Origin: an uncultured bacterium
Lineage (GTDB): Bacteria; Latescibacterota; UBA2968; UBA8231
Length of the DNA: 38,720 nucleotides
Direction: 5' to 3'
Assembly: GCA_964012055.1 (NCBI GenBank)
Contig: CAXGRO010000002.1
Span: 1 to 38,720 of the forward strand
Shown here: positions 35,479 through 38,720 of the stretch, piece by piece
Numbering within the stretch: the stretch's first letter is position 1
Layout of the letters: each line of letters starts with the position of its first letter
Program-made: the position numbers and the translations under genes
The notes under the pieces: generated by a model
The model's input: only the letters and a program-made list of their open reading frames with translations
The model's database searches: none
Told to the model about the DNA's origin: nothing

Positions 35479-36561
35479 TTAACCCAACCTCAAAGTCCGA
35501 TCGTCTAAAGGTAACTCCACCCGCAAATTCCCACGCCTGTGCGATTCCCGCAAAGCCAGTGCAATCTCGAGGGCCTCTCTGCCGAATTCTCCAGGACATA
35601 CACTCTCTTCTCCCGCCTCAATAGAACGGCAGACCCCCTCAATGGCATCGACCATTGAAGATCGAGGCTGCCAGGGATTGGGAAACTGTCGCTGGATTGG
35701 CTCACCCGTTTGGGGATGCGAACCCCAAAGCTCGAATTGGGCGTGAGCATTTCGCGAAATGATAGAACCACGCTCTCCAATAAATTCTAGCGTCCATCCA
35801 GATCCAGATCTGTCGGCACGTGAATTTAAAAAAGCCCGCACTCCATTCTCATAAGCGATATATCCAGAGCCTGACAAATCTGCGTCGGCTGCAGCTTGAC
35901 TATCGCTGTCCATTTCCCCTATTCCCCACACAACTGAGGCCCCCGCAAAGAGCCGAAACAACGCCAATGTATGACTTTGTATATTAGATAAACTATGGGG
36001 ACTATGACAAACCATTGAACGCAGTTGACCGATCTCACCGTTGGCTATTAATTTCCGCGCATTAGTATACCAGCTATACCAATTGAGATGGCAAGCAATA
36101 GCAAGAATGGTCCCACTTGATCTACATGTTTCCACCATTGTATCTGCTTCTGCTAACGTCCTACACATAGGCTTGGTGGCAAATATGGCCCGAACCCCTG
36201 CCTCCGCCAACCCCACGACAACATCGGTCCTTTCTTCAGGCCGCGTAGTCACAGCAACAAAATCTGGTTGTTCTTGGGTAACAAGATCGCGGAAATCTTC
36301 ATAGAGGGCACTTACCCCCCATCGCTGTCCAAAATCTTCTAACTTGGCTCGATCGACATCAGCCGCCCCAACTAAGTCTATACCTCTGGCTTCTATCATG
36401 GCAGGCGCATGAGCCCAGGGCCAGGGATAGTGTGGTTTGTGAATGTGTTCGTCATCTATAGTGCTGCCCATTCGCCCACATCCAACAACTGCTCCTCGAT
36501 AAGTTTGCTGCGGCCGTGATGTATTTACTACCTCATAAGCTTTGCCCAAGGGTTGTGCCAT
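35479..36561 (-). CDS. Gfo/Idh/MocA-family oxidoreductase
   Basis: 360 aa. Rossmann GAVVGCGRMGS, an EKP-equivalent ATKP, and the family C-terminal alpha/beta domain. Confidence 0.8.
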   Translation of the reverse strand: MAQPLGKAYEVVNTSRPQQTYRGAVVGCGRMGSTIDDEHIHKPHYPWPWAHAPAMIEARGIDLVGAADVDRAKLEDFGQRWGVSALYEDFRDLVTQEQPDFVAVTTRPEERTDVVVGLAEAGVRAIFATKPMCRTLAEADTMVETCRSSGTILAIACHLNWYSWYTNARKLIANGEIGQLRSMVCHSPHSLSNIQSHTLALFRLFAGASVVWGIGEMDSDSQAAADADLSGSGYIAYENGVRAFLNSRADRSGSGWTLEFIGERGSIISRNAHAQFELWGSHPQTGEPIQRQFPNPWQPRSSMVDAIEGVCRSIEAGEESVCPGEFGREALEIALALRESHRRGNLRVELPLDDRTLRLG

Positions 36562-36608
36562 GTTTCCTGCTCCATTGCGTTAATAGATAGCTACCCTCCT
36601 GTCATACT

Positions 36609-36644
36609 AAAACAAAACCTCCGTAAAATATAAACTTACGGAGG
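36609..36644 (-). terminator. Rho-independent terminator after tRNA-Pro(CGG)
   Basis: On the - strand: CCTCCGTAA-(9-nt loop)-TTACGGAGG followed by TTTTGTTTT. The stem spans 36618-36626 / 36636-36644. Confidence 0.7.
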
Positions 36645-36651
36645 TTAATCT

Positions 36652-36729
36652 TGGTCGGGGTGGGCGGATTCGAACCGCCGACCCCCTGCTCCCGAAGCAG
36701 GTGCGCTAGCCGGGCTGCGCTACACCCCG
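36652..36729 (-). tRNA. tRNA-Pro (anticodon CGG), CCA encoded
   Basis: CGGGGTG acceptor, anticodon arm CCTGC-TTCGGGA-GCAGG, T arm GGCGG-TTCGAAT-CCGCC, 78 nt. Confidence 0.92.
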
Positions 36730-36747
36730 TCAATCGAATTATTCATA

Positions 36748-36776
36748 AAAATAGGCCGTATGCCAAATATTGGCAA
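36748..36776 (-). promoter_or_regulatory. Promoter candidate for tRNA-Pro(CGG)
   Basis: On the - strand: TTGCCA (36776-36771), 17-nt spacer, TATTTT (36753-36748), 18 nt upstream of the tRNA 5' end. Confidence 0.35.
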
Positions 36777-36842
36777 GAAATCAACAACAACTACAAATGA
36801 CTCATAGTTGGAATGCTCATTTCTATAGTCGAACTTTGGCCT

Positions 36843-36880
36843 AAAAAGAATGGGTCATGGCAATATCTCCATGACCCATT
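36843..36880 (-). terminator. Terminator-like 12-bp hairpin between the two tRNA-Pro genes
   Basis: AATGGGTCATGG (36849-36860) pairs with CCATGACCCATT (36869-36880) around an 8-nt loop. The - strand continues CTTTTT and the + strand TTTTTATATTTT. It begins 9 nt after the tRNA-Pro(GGG) 3' end. Confidence 0.6.
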
Positions 36881-36889
36881 TTTATATTT

Positions 36890-36967
36890 TGGTCGGGGTG
36901 ACTGGATTCGAACCAGCGACCTCTTCCACCCCAAGGAAGCGCGCTAGCCGGGCTGCGCCACACCCCG
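36890..36967 (-). tRNA. tRNA-Pro (anticodon GGG), CCA encoded
   Basis: CGGGGTG acceptor, anticodon arm CTTCC-TTGGGGT-GGAAG, T arm GCTGG-TTCGAAT-CCAGT, 78 nt. Confidence 0.92.
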
Positions 36968-36983
36968 ACCTAAGAATATAAAA

Positions 36984-37060
36984 TGGCGGCCTATACAGGA
37001 TTCGAACCTGTGACCTCTAGTTCCGGAGACTAGCGCTCTATCCAGCTGAGCTAATAGACC
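36984..37060 (-). tRNA. tRNA-Arg (anticodon CCG), CCA encoded
   Basis: GGTCTAT acceptor (U3-G70 wobble), D arm GCTC-AGCTGGATA-GAGC, anticodon arm CTAGT-CTCCGGA-ACTAG, 77 nt. Confidence 0.9.
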
Positions 37061-37157
37061 GTGCTTCCCCCTGGAACCTCGAAAGGCAAACGCCTAGATC
37101 ACCCGCTTCTTGTGACGATTCTTACGCAGGCGTTTTTTGCGTTTGTGGGTGGCGATT

Positions 37158-37487
37158 TTATGCCGCTTTCTCTTCCTGCCACATGGCATCTTTCTTTTCT
37201 CCAGGATGATCGTCTTCTTCGACGCGAATTCTCAATTCTTTAGACGGTTTAAACACAGGTGCACGGCGACTCGAAATTTTCACTTCAGATCCCGTGCGGG
37301 GGTTGCGGCCAGTGCGTGGGGCTCGCGTTACAACCTTAAACGTTCCAAACCCACGAATCTCGATGTGCTCACCATCTTCCATAGCTTTGATGACCGATTC
37401 GATAAATCCATCTACGATAGCAGCAGTATCGGTCTTTGTAAGACCAGTGCCTTGGGCAATTTGCCGCACAATATCAGCCTTTGTCAA
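37158..37487 (-). CDS. HU/IHF-family DNA-binding protein with short charged C-terminal extension
   Basis: Start placed at a TTG preceded by GGAGGA at 6-nt spacing, giving MTKADIVRQIAQ.... RGFGTFKVVTRAPRTGRNPRTGSEV...FKPSKELR is the HU/IHF arm signature. The track's upstream 26 codons have no support. Confidence 0.85.
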   Translation of the reverse strand: MTKADIVRQIAQGTGLTKTDTAAIVDGFIESVIKAMEDGEHIEIRGFGTFKVVTRAPRTGRNPRTGSEVKISSRRAPVFKPSKELRIRVEEDDHPGEKKDAMWQEEKAA

Positions 37488-37536
37488 GGCTGCTCCTCCC
37501 ACTAATTTAGTGAAATGAATTATGACAACGGAGTTA

Positions 37537-37565
37537 AGAATAGCCATTGACCAGAAAAATGTCAA
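37537..37565 (-). promoter_or_regulatory. Sigma70-like promoter candidate for the HU/IHF gene
   Basis: On the - strand: TTGACA (37565-37560), 17-nt spacer, TATTCT (37542-37537), about 50 nt upstream of the proposed start. Confidence 0.4.
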
Positions 37566-37582
37566 GAGTCAGACAATGTACA

Positions 37583-38353
37583 TCACTGCCCCACGGGACG
37601 AATTACAAAGACTTCCTCGATGCCCCAAAAATCGACTTCCGATTCGATAAAAACTTCCTTAAACAACGTTTGATTTTCCGGTTCTAGCACTGCTGTCACA
37701 TAGCCTATGACTATTGCCTCAGGAAAACGCCCCCCCAGTCCCGATGTTATCACCCTATCCCCTACGCGCACTGTACTATTAGCGTCTACATAACTCAGGC
37801 GAAAAAGTGGCCCTTTAACCCAGGAGACAACACTGTGGACCCGTGTTTCCTGCACCACGGCACTAACCCGCGAATCCATAATCAAACGAACTTCCGAATC
37901 AAAGTCACCAACTTTTGCAACATGACCAACTAAACCATCCACAGTTACTACAGGCCAACCATTTTTAATATCGCGATTGTGTCCGCAATCAATTTGAATG
38001 GTGTCGTATAAGGGATCTGGATCGCGTCCAACAACCTCTGCCGCAATGAGTTGGAGAGGCTTGGAACCACTGTTAAAAGCTAGGATTTGCCGCAGGCGCT
38101 CGTTCTCATGTCGGGCTTCTAACGATTGCATATTGAGCAGAGCCAATGCAACATTCTGTCGCACTAAAAAGCGGTTTTTCTCCTCGCTCTCGGCGTATTT
38201 TATCACTCTGGAAAAGAGCCATTGTCCAGCTGTAAGAATCCCGACTTTACTATTTGAGGCAATGGCTTCTTTATAAGCTATAGGCAACCCCTTTAAAAAC
38301 AGGGCAATTGCCAGCACGACCACTAAGACAAGGTAGTTGCGGTGAATAGGCAT
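37583..38353 (-). CDS. mreC: Rod shape-determining protein MreC
   Basis: 256 aa. N-terminal TM helix, coiled-coil (ENERLRQIL), beta-barrel core (GHNRDIKNGWPVVTVDGLVGHV, VITSGLGGRFPEAIVIGYV). Follows mreB. Confidence 0.9.
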   Translation of the reverse strand: MPIHRNYLVLVVVLAIALFLKGLPIAYKEAIASNSKVGILTAGQWLFSRVIKYAESEEKNRFLVRQNVALALLNMQSLEARHENERLRQILAFNSGSKPLQLIAAEVVGRDPDPLYDTIQIDCGHNRDIKNGWPVVTVDGLVGHVAKVGDFDSEVRLIMDSRVSAVVQETRVHSVVSWVKGPLFRLSYVDANSTVRVGDRVITSGLGGRFPEAIVIGYVTAVLEPENQTLFKEVFIESEVDFWGIEEVFVIRPVGQ

Positions 38354-38368
38354 GGACCAAAATGTGCG

Positions 38369-38720
38369 TTAGAATAAAACTTTCTTGTAACGATCAAACT
38401 CCTCCAACACTTTGGCATTGCCTCGCACCACCGCCGCCAGCGGATCTTCCGCATCTAAGTAGGTAGGCAAACTCGTTCCTTCAATAAGGCGCTCTTTTAG
38501 GCCTTTTAATTTGCTGCCACCACCGCATAGCACCATTCCCCTATCAAGAATATCTGCTGCTAATTCGGGGGGAGTCGACTCCAAAGCCCTGCGAACCCCT
38601 GCTACGATTTGTTCTACGGGCTCGCGCAAAGCTTCGCGTATCTCGCGCGAATCAACCATTAAGTTTTTGGGTATAGCTGCGACCATATCTAAACCGCGCA
38701 CTGGAGCCTCTTCCTCGGGT
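38369..38720 (-). CDS. mreB: Rod shape-determining protein MreB, C-terminal part (5' end outside window)
   Basis: The frame stays open to the window edge (...PEEEAPVRGLDMV...). TPPELAADILDRGMVLCGGGSKLKGL...AEDPLAAVVRG is the actin-like MreB C-terminus. The GTG chosen by the track is internal. Confidence 0.9.
   Translation of the reverse strand, partial: PEEEAPVRGLDMVAAIPKNLMVDSREIREALREPVEQIVAGVRRALESTPPELAADILDRGMVLCGGGSKLKGLKERLIEGTSLPTYLDAEDPLAAVVRGNAKVLEEFDRYKKVLF

Noticed and set aside
35348-35780. 83-aa and 91-aa - strand ORFs overlapping the 3' end of the oxidoreductase gene and the miaA upstream region
   Set aside because: They are out of frame with a well-supported Gfo/Idh/MocA CDS and show no recognisable domain or ribosome-binding site. 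I also found no ncRNA signature in the 172-nt spacer 35307-35478.
37488-37565. 26-codon N-terminal extension of the HU/IHF ORF, and the antisense 122-aa ORF at 37137-37505
   Set aside because: The HU fold begins at MTKADIV, which has a GGAGGA Shine-Dalgarno sequence. The extension covers the predicted promoter. The antisense ORF has no features and lies inside a strongly supported gene.
1-38720. CRISPR arrays, rRNA, IS elements with transposases, prophage or known defence-system genes
   Set aside because: None were seen. There are no short regularly spaced repeats and no transposase, terminase or capsid-like ORFs. The only mobility-type gene is the tyrosine recombinase, and the only toxin module is vapBC.

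Overview
This is a 38.7-kb chromosomal window from an unidentified bacterium with diderm-type envelope genes and a moderately AT-rich sequence. I see no rRNA, CRISPR array or recognisable defence island. The window is two long co-oriented gene blocks that converge at about 16.6 kb.

Left block (+ strand, 194-16594):
- thrC and a Cys/Met PLP enzyme
- a vapBC toxin-antitoxin pair (on the - strand)
- a PRPP/purine cluster: two divergent prs paralogues flanking a DUF5989-type small membrane ORF (below the ORF-track cutoff), apt and a YfgM-like TPR protein
- a PilZ protein, a metallophosphoesterase and rsgA-hprK
- a secreted LRV/HEAT-repeat protein and three poorly characterised genes
- mutL and a tyrosine recombinase

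Right block (- strand, 16677-38720):
- leuS
- the rimP-nusA-infB-DUF503-rbfA-truB-riboflavin kinase-rpsO-pnp array
- a MerR-like regulator, der and a DUF512 radical-SAM/PDZ protein
- two envelope proteins, one a TPR+SLH lipoprotein
- tRNA-Gly, miaA and a Gfo/Idh/MocA oxidoreductase
- tRNA-Pro x2 and tRNA-Arg
- an HU/IHF protein, mreC and the 3' part of mreB

The most unusual observation is at the convergence point. The recombinase gene is bracketed by two inverted copies of a 28-bp dif/lox-like core site. Their arms are nearly identical but their 6-bp central regions differ.

Other items worth a second look:
- a MutL whose C-terminal endonuclease/zinc motifs look degenerate
- the divergent prs pair
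- an intrinsic terminator that every rimP-nusA transcript must cross
- a kinase-only ribF
- a VapC with an apparent active-site substitution
- an uncharacterised envelope gene pair led by a tRNA

Nothing here can be shown from sequence alone to be a new multi-gene system. Everything beyond motif-level homology is flagged as inference.
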